A stretch of 64,000 nt of DNA from Podarcis vaucheri (Eukaryota). Shown here piece after piece: positions 1-11,200 of the stretch (position 1 is its first letter; each line of letters starts with the position of its first letter). A program made the position numbers and the translations under genes. Where the stretch lies: assembly GCA_965113315.1 (NCBI GenBank), contig OZ220373.1. One strand, written 5' to 3'. A model generated the notes under the pieces. That model was not told the DNA's origin. It did not search any database and saw only the letters and a program-made list of their open reading frames with translations.

Positions 1-815
1 TAGACTGCACTTTTAATGCTACTGGGAACTGTACATATTATAATAGATATAACCAGTCACCTGAGGGCTTTTGTGTGAATACAGAACATGCAAACACCGC
101 ATGCCATTTTCCTGTCATTTCCAAATCCTCAGTCGCAATTCTGAAGTTTTTAAATTTTAAAGAGTGACTAATTTGGGGTGCTCCCGCTTTCTCTAAATGT
201 GTCAATTTTTCATTCAAATACATGAAAAAAGCTTACTGCTGCCGTTAGAAACAAGACTTCCCGTATGTTCACACAGTATCTGTTAGTGTGTGTGATAAAT
301 GTATCAATGCTGGATTGGTATAAAAGCACTAGCTGAATATTCCTTTTACTGTTTTTCTTTATATTTACATATTTCTTTTAATAGTAGTATTTTAATACTG
401 TATTTCTATTCATAATAGTTGAACATGAAAAGTTCTCTCTGTGCTCCTTTTCCCAATTCTCCTGTGCCCACTGGAAAACAAGCCAGAATCTGGCTTGTTC
501 CAACATCTGAACCCAGATTCATGCTTTTCTTTATTACAAACCATCTATAAGCAGAAAACAAAGAACAAACCTTGGGTACTGCTCATTGTTTGAAACTCAG
601 GTTTCAAATGTCATCACAACTCTGACTTGCTTCCAGGTTTCATGAAAGCAACAGGAGAGAAATTTTCAGAAGGGTGTACCAAGATGCTGTGCATCCACAT
701 TAAAACTTTGTAAATGCCTGACGGAAAAAGCTTAGTCACTCTATTCATCGAAGTTTTGTCATAGCTACTCCCAAATATTTTTGTTCTAAAGAAAGGGAAT
801 TGAGGCTACAGTTAC

Positions 816-946
816 CCGTTTTACTTCTTCCTCCTTGGTGTATCGCAAGCAGAAGTGAAACACTCTGAGATCTTTGCAGTAGATTATCATCGTCTCTGGG
901 TATTTTCTCAGTTGACCATTCAGGGGTTTCTTTCTCTCATCATAAA
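816..946 (-). CDS. MTMR12: MTMR12 coding exon 5 (VYDERKKPLNGQLRKYPETMIIYCKDLRVFHFCLRYTKEEEVKR; PH-GRAM region); gene continues beyond window start
   Basis: Matches recalled human MTMR12 VFDEKKKTLFGQLKKYPEKLIIHCKDLRVFQFCLRYTKEEEVKR; AG acceptor, GTAACT donor; 131 nt, phase 1 to 0. Confidence 0.92.
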
Positions 947-1145
947 CTTTAAGGGGGGAAAATAGTTTTAACATTTCTCCATGCAGTGAGTTAGAACAGG
1001 GAACAAGGAAATCTACCCCTTCTCTATCATGAACAATTCTATCAATAATTTTATATTAGTGACCATAACAGGAGCTGACATTCATTCATCCTGATATAAG
1101 GAATGGAAAACTATCTGGCCAGCAAGGCTATTTGAGAATTGAATA

Positions 1146-1489
1146 CAGTGGTACCTCGCAAGACGAATGCCTCACAAGATGGAAAACTCACAAAATGAAA
1201 GGGTTTTTGGTTTTTTGAGTTGCTTCGCAAGACGATTTTCCCTATGGGCTTGCTTCGCAAGACGGAAACGTCTTGCAAGTTTGTTTCCTTTTTCTTAAAA
1301 CCGTTAATACAGTTGCGACTTGACTTCGAGGAGCAACTCATAGCATAGTGTGGTAGCCTTTTTTGAAGACTTTGGTGATTTTTGAAGCTTTTCCAAAACT
1401 TTTCCGACACCGTGCTTCGCAAGACGAAAAAAACCGCAAGATGAAAAAACTCGCGGAACGAATTAATTTCGTCTTGCGAGGCACCACTG
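1146..1489. mobile_element. Non-autonomous Tc1/Mariner (Tigger/pogo-like) MITE
   Basis: TIRs CAGTGGTACCTCGCAAGACGAA / TTCGTCTTGCGAGGCACCACTG flanked by TA on both sides; internal repeats of CTTCGCAAGACG. Confidence 0.85.
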
Positions 1490-1654
1490 TATGTTGGAAC
1501 ACATGCTTCATAGCAAGTGATTTTGACACATTATATAAGATTTACAAATTAAAACTCAAACAAGTGACACCAAAACTGAACTTTAGATTAGGATCACCAA
1601 GTGAAATAAGTTGTTTAGTTGACACCAAATAGTCACAAGAAGTTGTCAGCCTAC

Positions 1655-1727
1655 CTCCATAAAGCTGGTCCACACACTGAAGAGTGATGTCATTTTCCCC
1701 AATGATTTTATTATAAAATTCTAGTTC
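1655..1727 (-). CDS. MTMR12: MTMR12 coding exon 4 (ELEFYNKIIGENDITLQCVDQLYG)
   Basis: Matches human ETQFKNKVIGENDITLHCVDQIYG; ttttttcag acceptor, GTAGGC donor; 73 nt, phase 0 to 1. Confidence 0.92.
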
Positions 1728-2429
1728 CTGAAAAAAGAAAAATGTTTTGTGTGTTCCTTAACAGACACTAGTTTTTCATTTACTCTGTATTGCAAGTATA
1801 AGGTATGTTCATAATAACAGGACTGGAAGACTAGGGTACACTCTCAACCATGAAGCTCTGTGTGACCTTGAGGCAGTCACTATCACTCATTCTAATCAAC
1901 TCACTTGTGGCTACGAGTTTTGAAGTTTCTTTTTCCTATTTCCAAAGCCTCAGTCTTCCGAGAGCGCCAACAAACCTCTATTACTCTCCACTGATGCCTA
2001 AAAATGCCCAATTTTAATGTCATCCCTGTCGATGTGCAATCTAATCTTACCTAAAAACAAATCACTTTACTACAGAGACTGCTTTGACATCACTACAGAT
2101 TTGAAGCTGTGGGTAATTTAATTGTTCACCAGCAACTTGTCCATCCTAAAAGAACTATATACACATTTAATATTTGAAGACAATTGTTAAGCCTCCTTTT
2201 TACCTCCAGTATTCTAAAAGCTACATGTTTAAAGGAAACCTCTACCTTAAGACTCCAACCTAAATGGGCCAAAGTGGTGTTTTGCAAAATATTTAAATAT
2301 AGCATGCAGAGCCAGGCAGGGAGCCATCCCTGGCCACTGTTGGATGAAGCAAACTATCTAACCCCCGCCTCATTTCAGGTCTCTCTAATTCTGAAGTATT
2401 GCTTTGGGCCTCTATGGAGAACAACCTTT

Positions 2430-3110
2430 GCTAGGAGAAAGACAGGGAGTATTACTCTTGATCCTCTCGGACATCTCAGTGGCTTTCAATATCAGCCACT
2501 ACAGTATCCTCCTGGACTTCCTTGCAAGATTCAGGGCACCATTTGTAATGGTTCTGCTTACTTTAAGGTAGGCTTGAGAAGGTGGTACTGGGAGACTGTT
2601 CCTTCTCAAGCAAGCTATTCTGTAGGATTCCTTGGGATTCAATATTTTCCCCCGTGGTATTTGGCATTTACATTAAACTGCTGGGAGAGGTTGTCAAGTG
2701 ATATCAGAGTAAGTCAACATATTCCAATTACAGCATGCTCCATTTCTCGTTTACAGTAAACCAAGCTAAAGTCCATGAACCTGTGCCTGCAATCAGTGAT
2801 TGACAGAGTGAGAACCTTAAACTGTTTTATATGGATTATGATTTTTTTTTTTTTTTAAAGGTGAGGAAGCAGCTCAACAGACTATGGATACAACTCATTC
2901 TGGATCTGATCACCCTTCCTTATTAGGTCAGATTTGTCTTGGGGCATTGCTAAAATCAATTTTATTCCTGGATTCTCAGGTTGCAGCTGTAGCCCAGAGT
3001 GTCCTTATCAGTTCAACTAGTACATCAACTACTGGAAACTAGAGATCTGGCTACTATCATTCTTGCTTCAACAGTTTCTAGACTGGACTCTAAATGCACT
3101 CTATGGCAGC
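2430..3110 (+). mobile_element. Degenerate L2-like LINE ORF2 fragment
   Basis: Decayed RT-type motifs (LLDLS-AF-like CTCGGACATCTCAGTGGCTTTCAAT; later ACAGTTTCTAGACTGGAC); many disruptions; boundaries approximate. Confidence 0.45.
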
Positions 3111-3174
3111 CTGCCACCATATAATAAAGAGGATACACTCACAAGATAGCTTAAGGTTAACTTAGATTCCTTAC

Positions 3175-3314
3175 ATCATCCTCCAAAACAGGTTCTTCAC
3201 CAAGGAATGAAATCTTGAAATTTGTGCATATAAGTTTCCCATAGGTGCCACGGTTTGATCCATCATCTTGTGTGTACTTCAAAACCATATTTGCCTCGCA
3301 AAGCAGCAGTTCAC
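3175..3314 (-). CDS. MTMR12: MTMR12 coding exon 3 (GELLLCEANMVLKYTQDDGSNRGTYGKLICTNFKISFLGEEPVLEDD)
   Basis: Matches human GEQLLCEASTVLKY...GRLVCTDFKIAFLG; ccatcag acceptor, GTAAGG donor; 140 nt, phase 1 to 0. Confidence 0.92.
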
Positions 3315-3614
3315 CTGATGGAAATCAACATGCTTCTTAGCATAGTGTAGTGAACTACTCAGGTTCTTTAATGCAAAGGTTCTCTAACAAATTACAAATG
3401 AAGTTGTCACATGTAACTTCACTGCAGGAAAGAGTACTTGAATTACAGATGCGAAATATTTAAATCAACGTCTGCTGTTGAGTATTATTGGTCTAAATTA
3501 CAGAGCTCCTAGTGTTCATTAAATCCACTTTCAATATTTTAAGTACGCTCTGTATTACATGGCTAGTTACCTACACTGCACAAATAGAAGGAAGGATGCT
3601 AAAGCCCATTAAGA

Positions 3615-3750
3615 CTGGCATCCTCAAACTTGGCCCTGCAGATGTTTGGGGACTACAATTCCCATCATCCCTGACCACTGGTCCTGTTAGCTAGGGATGA
3701 TGGGAGTTGTAGCCCCAAAACATCTGGAGGGCTGAGTTTGGGGATGCCTG
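3615..3750. mobile_element. Palindromic hAT-type MITE (~136 bp)
   Basis: Self-complementary arms ending GGGATGCCTG; near-perfect 8-bp TSD CATTAAGA/CATTAACA; same family as 52092-52227. Confidence 0.8.
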
Positions 3751-5351
3751 CATTAACACCTGGAGCCTTTAAAGCAAGCTTGTTCTACATATAGCCATTT
3801 TCCACTACCTTCCCATTCTCATTTACCTGTAGCCCTCCAGATATTAATTGATTTCAATCATCCCTGACCATTGACCACTGGGAGTTGTAGTCCTTTAACA
3901 TCTGGAGGCCCACAAGTTACCCATATCTACCGTTAGCTGAATGGCAAAGCAGAGTCTTCAACTTCCTTCACATTTGGGACCCGCCTTTAACGCCACTAAA
4001 CCTTTTACCCATGAGGGTGGCCAGACGCCAGAAAATAGGGTTCCTACACTTAATATCTCCATATAGGGCAATACTGGCAGATGCAGTTCACCATACAGGA
4101 ACAAGACAGTAGTCTTCATTCTATACATCTTTTAGAGATAAAGTTGCTATTACTTCTCCCCACCCTTGCTTACTTTCTCCAAAAATATCAAAGTAGCAAT
4201 TGTGCTCAGATGCTGCAATCAATTCCTATAGCAGCCATGTGGGGGTTCTTTTGGACAATGCATTAATGTGGTGACCATGTGCAATAACCTTCCAGCACAC
4301 ACAAGGCCTCCACATTCCCTCACACCTTTTTCTCTCTTCCGAAGTAGGAAGGGAATAATCACAACCTTGAGAAATACTTGGAGATGAGGAAGTGAGAAGG
4401 GTGTCACGCTCTTTGCTTGTTGAACTATGAACTTTCCCAGGCTGAGAGCAGGACCACACCTGCCCATCTCAGCCTTGAAAAGTATAGAGAGAGGAGTGAA
4501 AGTGCACAGTGTGCTGCTTCTCCCCACTTTCTTTCTCAGTTCTCTGAGCATTGGCTACTCAGGTGCTTGCTTCAGTTCACTTCAAGAAGGAAGAAGGAAA
4601 AGCACTTTGTAAAAACACTGAAGACAACAGAAAAAGGTAAGTGGGAGTAGCAGCTAGACCCAATGCAAGGAGGAGGTGGGGAGGAGAGTGAAGCAACCCA
4701 AGAGAGAAAAATGAAAGGATGGATCGTATCTGCATTTTCTCAGATTGTGAGCCCCTCTTCAGCTGAGTTTCTGCTCTCTATGGCTGTTTCCCCCCCCCCT
4801 CTGGCTTTGTATCTTGCCAGAGAGAGAGACTCTGCCTTATATTAAACAACAATGTTTGGTAATGGCCATGTCTACCATGGCAGTCATTTTATGATGGCAT
4901 CCAAGGCGCTTTCTCACAATTCCAAATATGTCCATGGGTCCAAAAACGGTGGCAACCTCTGTTGTAGACTACCAACCATACTGCAAAGCTTCCAGGCTGT
5001 TCTTTCTTGGCAACAGTTTGCATTGGCCCAGGAGTTTTCTCAGCCACAAAGCTTTAAACTTTCCCAGCCCTGACATCATTCATCAAAGGCTCACAGCTCC
5101 TCTTAGTAGCAAAGTAAACATCAAGCCAGTCTTCCTCATCCCTTAAAAAAGGAAGGTGTTTGAGACAGTACTGCTGTGAACCTAATAGTTACTGTCAACT
5201 TTCACCATCTGTTACAGATATTGTGGAGGCATTCTGCAAAAGAATAGAAATGCAGTTGGACAAATCTTGACACATGTCCTTTATCTCAGGTCTTCTAGGC
5301 AGGTCATGCGTATAACATTGATAAGATTCTACAGCATTGTCTATGTGTTAC

Positions 5352-5406
5352 CTGGCAACAAATTTGGCTCTACTTCCTTTCCTGTGGCTTCCCTCACATA
5401 TACCTC
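5352..5406 (-). CDS. MTMR12: MTMR12 coding exon 2 (EVYVREATGKEVEPNLLP-G)
   Basis: Similar to human EIHTNEKEVTEKEVTLHLLPG; ttttcttctag acceptor, GTAACA donor; 55 nt, phase 0 to 1, joins exons 1 and 3 in frame. Confidence 0.88.
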
Positions 5407-6854
5407 CTAGAAGAAAAGACATTGCATTAGTCCAAATCAGAAGTAAAAAGCTCTGTTTCAAATGCTTTCCAATATGTATTGCTTTAGGAGGGTTCAATGT
5501 ACCATATTGTTTGGCAAATAAAGTTATACTGTAACTAGAGATTGGCCAAGCTAGTACAGCAAAGGGTTCACAGATTTTCTTTACACATATGCATACACAC
5601 AAACCCAAGAAAGCAACTGTATAAGTTGCTATTATAAGGTAACAAGAAAACTATTATTCTCTTGTTGATTGCCACTTAAACTATGCAGGGATTTGAGTTC
5701 CTATTTTATCAGACAAGTAGCTGTTTAGTTTTTGTTGGGATATTCTAACAAACTGAAACTCTGGCCATCTAATATTAGCTGAAAGACAACTTGAATGTCT
5801 GCCCCAATTTGGTTCCAAGGCTGTAGAATTCAATGCAACACACTGTCCTCCTGCCCTTATCCTAAGTTACACAAGCCACTCAAAAAGGAAAACCATTACC
5901 ACATTGTCAATTCCCAATGCCTGGCCGCACCTGCCATCTACAGAAAGGTTGTACTTTGAGGGCTCAAATACATTTCTATTCATAATTAACACTATTTTTA
6001 CTATTGTGGTTCAAACAGCAAAAGATGTTGTGTTAAGTTTATATCAATATATACATGTAACTGTTATTTTAGGATTTGCATCAGCTAGCCATCATCCTCT
6101 ATTTTCCTAATGGCTTTAAAAAAAACAAAAAACCTAGCACTTTAATTAGTCTGCCTTTTACTTCTCCAGGTACCTATCTGTGCTTTCTCCTCCATTGGGG
6201 AAAAACAATCCTTTCACATTAGTTACATTATGGACCACTATTCCCAGCTGCTGCTTCACCAGTAACAAATAAGCCAGGAGTGCCCAGATCCTGTTCCACA
6301 ACGTGTTTCAGCTGGGAGAATATCACAGTTCATGTTTGTTGCATAAACAAACTAGTGCCAAGCTAAAAAATTTACCGTTAACACTTAACAGTGTTCTTTA
6401 TTTCCTAGCAAGTAAGGCAAATGTCAAGAACATAGTAGCTCCAGTATTATTTTTTTTGTAACATAACTTTTATTCATTTTCACATTTGAACTGTTTGACA
6501 TAGTTGCATTATTTACATTAGTGCTTATGGCACGCAACGATTACATAAATTTATTAAAAAATAAAACACTCACACACAACTTTGTTAATATATTCAGAAA
6601 TGTTCATCTAAGTATACATATACCAAAATTTGTAGTGTTATGACAGATATGAAATGTATAGTAGCGTTTATTGCTTAGATTGCTGACCATAAGTGAATGT
6701 ATTTTGTATCAACAACAATTAGAAATTATAGGAAGCGGGGCAAGGAAAAAATTAAAATATGTACTTCATGAATGCCAGGCTGTGCTGCAAGCTATGGGCA
6801 GTTCTACCATATTGTGTGTGTTATCAATGAAGTCACATCAGACTGCATAAAAAT

Positions 6855-6975
6855 TCACAGAATCTTAGAGTTGGAAGGGACCCCAACCCCCTGCAATGCA
6901 AAAATCTCAACTAAAGTGTCTATGACAGATGGCCATCTAACCTCCGTTTATAACCTGTTTAAAAACCTCCAAGGT
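6855..6975 (-). mobile_element. CR1 LINE 3' end fragment
   Basis: AGAATCTTAGAGTTGGAAGGGACCCC...CCCCTGCAATGCA...GACAGATGGCCATCTAACCTC, shared with the other CR1 tails in the window. Confidence 0.65.
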
Positions 6976-8494
6976 TTGGCCTCTTGCTAATTTTTAATTT
7001 GTTTCAGTTTTTTCAATAATGCCATTTGCCAAATTACATTGTAGCATTGGCCCATAGTTGATTGTAATAATTTCCATGTCCTGGCAATAGTTATTCTTGC
7101 AGCAGTTAATAGATATGCTATACAAATATTATGACTAAATACTTTCCCTAACTATTGGAATTTATAATCTTTTCAAGAAAGTTTCCTGAAGTTGTTGGGG
7201 GGGGGGGATGAAAGATTACTTTCGTTTTTAATAGCTCCAGCAATAAGGACAACTGCATTCCCAATTGCTTCCTTAAAGGAAGCAAATAATCTAATAAATA
7301 ATCTAAAATTTCAGAGGGTTTTAATTTAGTTCAGCTAATATACTGCCTCAGTATTAGTTGCTTAGGCAAAAAGAGGGGAATACATAATGAGCTAAGGCCA
7401 CTGACTTAATGACCTACTTGCGCCTCTACCAAAAGTACCTGGCTGGCTTTTCTATCGGAAACATGATGCATGATAACATTGGTCCACGCTGGACTCGGGG
7501 CCTTATTGCTAGTGGCAATCCATTATAGTGTGACCCATTTCTAGTATCTTACCTAAAAGTGAAGGTAAATATTGATTTTCCACCAGCAATTCACCTTGTT
7601 TTACTAAGATGAAAACTATCTTGATAGTTTTTAAGATACTGGAAAAAAGCCAGCATTAACATCAGTCTACTGTTGAACCTAAAACAGTAGACTGATGTGG
7701 AAAATCTTATTTCCTTCTTGGCCAAATGCAACACTTTTCTACTTCACAGAAAATCTGCAAATGAGCCTGTACTAGGAAATGCCCATACTGGACAAGATAA
7801 AAAAAAAAAGAAGTAGGGAAGGGCAAAGAATTAGGATGTTACAGCCCTTAAATATGATTTCTCATTTACCTTCTAAAATCATGGGGCTATTAGTCAGAAT
7901 GCTGCCTATATAGCTAATATATTTAATATTTCAGAAACTATTTTCCTGATTATTTTGTTTAATGGTTCTGCAGTATTCAAAGCTTCTTGCCAAATTCCGA
8001 GTCTCACACAGACCAAGGACATCTGCATCACATGCACTAAGCAGCAAGTTGGCACAATACCAATAAACGTCATTAAATGAACAGATAGCCTCTAGTTGTC
8101 TGTGGAGATCTAGAACACCTTATCTGTCTGGATGTAAAGTGGTGAAGGTTAAATAGCCACTGAAACAGCACTCCCCACCTGAATATTTTGGCTGCCAAAG
8201 TCTCACTCAAATGTTAAAGTAATCCCAGCTAAACTCTGGGAGCAAAAAGTTGTGTAGGGTCAGCTAGAGTATTATTTCATGTTTGAAGAGCTGTAGCTGT
8301 ACCAGAAAAGTATAGCTAGAAGTTTACTAGTGTCAATTTACGCATGTCATGTTAAAGCATATACTGTATATAAGCTAGTAAGATTAGAGGCAAGAACTTG
8401 AGTAATAAGCTCAAGAACGGGGCAAAAATATTTTAGACACTCTTTAGGCATGAAGGGTAGCATGAAAATTAAACACGTGATTTGAAAACACTTA

Positions 8495-9008
8495 CCGTAT
8501 TTTTCGTCCCATAGGACGCACCTAGTTTTTTGGGGGGGAAATAAAGGAAAAAATGTTTTCCTTTATTTCCCCCCCCAAAAAAAAAAAAACCAGGTCGGGG
8601 AAACCAAACCAGGTCGGGGAACAGCGGTATGGCGGCGCTGCGCCTCCCCGCTGTCACCCGAGCTTGTGGGGCTGGCGCTGGGGAGAAGCACGCTTCTCCA
8701 AAGCACCAGCCTCCAAACCAGGTCGGGGAACAGCGGGATGGCGGTGCTGCGCCTCCCCGCTATCCCCCAGGCTTGTGGGGCTGGCCGATGTCTGCCCAAA
8801 GCGTGGGGCGCTCTGCTTCAGCGGCCCCGTGCAGCAGGCTGCTATCCGCAGCGTGGGGAGCCCTGCGGGAACCCCCCTCTCGGTGGGCACCGACCCCTCT
8901 CGCTCTCCAAGCTTCAGCGAAAGCCTGTATTCGCCCCATAGGACGCACACAGATTTCCCCTTCATTTTGGGAGGGGGAAAAGTGCGTACTATAGGGCGAA
9001 AAATACAG
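8495..9008. mobile_element. Pogo/Mariner-like non-autonomous DNA element with internal direct repeats
   Basis: TIRs CCGTATTTTTCGTCCCATAG / CTATAGGGCGAAAAATACAG with TA flanks; GC-rich interior with a duplicated ~70-bp unit (CCAAACCAGGTCGGGGAACAGCGG...). Confidence 0.8.
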
Positions 9009-9588
9009 TAAATCTTAATATTCTTGATCCCTGAACTAAAAGGTGCATTGGTAAAAGCTTCAAAGAAAAACAGGATGCAGGTTGCTAAGACTGAAATGGT
9101 TCAGAGTTGGACAGCTGAAACAATAAGTTGCACAATATTGAGATGTGCAGTTGCATAAAGAGCGAGTGTGCAGTCTCTAGATGTTCATAAGTCAGCTTTG
9201 CATATTGTGGAGTTATTCATCCCAATAGTCAGGAGCTGATTAAAATACAGCCAACAAAAAGACAAGAACTTTGAATGCATATTCTATTAGGCAACAGAAT
9301 ATATGATCAGATAACTAATCCATTTTTGGAAGTGCATAAATTCTTTAAATATATAAATACACATCTGGATTCCAAGTTCCCTTTTCTGAAAACAACTGCT
9401 ATTCCGAGTGCATTTAACAAGTGGCTAGCAAATCCAATTTACACATCTTCTGGGCTGTACCAAACACACTACAAGTAGGGGCAGAAAGAAATGTATTGCA
9501 GATTTAAAGGTTCACCATTTACCAATCCTTACAAAAATATACTGCAGGGTTGTTGTAAACCACTTAGACTGAGCTGCAGTATTAACTA

Positions 9589-9934
9589 CCATATTTTTCG
9601 CTCTATAGGACACACTTTTTCCCTTCTAAAAAGTAAGTGGAAATGTGTGTGCGTCTTATGGAGCGACTGCAGGCTGTGCGGCTAAGCCCAAAGCCAGAAC
9701 AGGGAGACGGAGCGCAGCACAGCGCTCCGTCTCGCTGTTCTAGCTTGGGGGTGGCTGCCCTGCGGAGACTTCAAAGGCTGTCCCCGAAGCCAGAACAACA
9801 AGAGGCTATCCAAGAAGCCAGATCCTTCTTGCTGTTCTGGCTTCTGGGGTTCAGAATTTTTTTCTTCTTGTTTCCTCCCCCCCAAACTAGGTGCGTCTTA
9901 TCGTCCGGTGCGTCCTATAGAGCAAAAAATACGG
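9589..9934. mobile_element. Related pogo/Mariner-like MITE, inverted relative to 8495-9008
   Basis: TIRs CCATATTTTTCGCTCTATAGGAC / GTCCTATAGAGCAAAAAATACGG, TA flanks; AAACTAGGTGCGTC is the reverse complement of GACGCACCTAGTTT in the first copy. Confidence 0.8.
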
Positions 9935-11004
9935 TATATAGTGCAGGGCTGTTGTAAAGCACTCTCTCCTATCCAAAGCTTCTTCAAACCAGTAATGTAA
10001 TAAACTTTACATGCTTTGAAATTTACAGTAGTAGGATTCTAATTTAAAGGGTTTCATTCTAATTAAGAAAGTGAGAAGGAACAGAGCTCTTTGTGGCTAC
10101 CTCTTGCACAGTTATTTTGGTTGGAGTGGGTAACAAATCCCAAAGCTGCTTTAAAATCTTGGATTTCTCCGTTATTTTTATGGGCAGCTCTCACCTCTGC
10201 CCCGGAAACATTTTAAAATAGCTTCAGTATGAAGCAGGAAGTGGCCTATGCAGTCCGATTTTGTCTTTATACTTCATAGCTAGAGTCTCTTCCTTCTTTT
10301 CCATGCACTAACTTCCACCCCCCTCCAACCTGGCTTTCTATGATTAATTCCCTGGGTGGAGGTGCTACTGCTTTGTCTACATAAATATAGACATTCTCCT
10401 TGGAGATCATAAATAGAATACAAGATAAGCCATGACAGGCAATACGTGCTGAAGTCAATATTGTCCAGCACCATCAGCTTCTCTTTACCTGGCAAGAAGG
10501 CTCTAGCTGGTTTTTAAAACATTTTGGTACTCTGCAAACACCCACACCCAGAGAGAGAGAAAGAAAATCCTTGACATAATCCAAGCTGCAAAGCAGCAGG
10601 AAATCAGCCAAATATAGATGCAGCAAAGACTAAACTTTGCATAGCAGTGAACTGTTTATTGTGGGAAAATGTTGAGTGTTTACAATTAATAGTATCTACT
10701 CCAGGGGATGTGAAATTCCCTACACTTAGTTTAGCTTTCATAGATGAAATGACATTACTTCACAAGTAGCTGAGATTCAACATGCAACAGTAAATTCAAA
10801 AACACTGTACTTTTATCATAAGCTTACCTGGTCTTTCTGTAACTAGAATTATAAAACACCAGAAATGCAAAACTGATGAAACATATCCTTTCACCCACCA
10901 TTTAACTTGGGTAATGCCAACCAGGTGTTTAGCTAATAATGGAAACTATCTTGGATATGTAACCCTGGCTATCAGTAATCCCTGGTAATGTCACTGGTTT
11001 TGAC

Positions 11005-11200
11005 CAGGGATAGGCAACCTAAGGCCTGTGGGCCAGATGCGGCTCAATTGCCTTCTCAATCTGGCCTGTTGACGGTCTGGGAATCAGCGTGTTTTTACAT
11101 GAGTAGAATGTGTGCTTTTATTTAAAATGCATCTCTGGATTATTTGTGGGGCATAGGAATTCATTCATTTCCCTCCAAAAAATATAGTCCAGCCCACCAC
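11005..11200. mobile_element. hAT-like non-autonomous element fragment
   Basis: Starts CAGGGATAGGCAACCTAAGGCC, reverse complement of the GGCCTTAGGTTGC(T/C)GACCCCTG termini at 38574 and 51341; other end not seen. Confidence 0.5.

Noticed and set aside
2184-2759. 191-aa ORF on plus strand
   Set aside because: Starts at TTG, lies antisense in an MTMR12 intron and overlaps a decayed L2-like remnant; no recognisable protein
8469-9011. Cluster of overlapping ORFs on both strands
   Set aside because: GC-rich MITE interior; no transposase motifs
10489-10531. AG...GT-flanked segment ending FLPG, resembling MTMR12 exon 2
   Set aside because: Contains an in-frame TAA; the real exon 2 at 5352-5406 fits better. 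A cryptic exon cannot be excluded but has no other support
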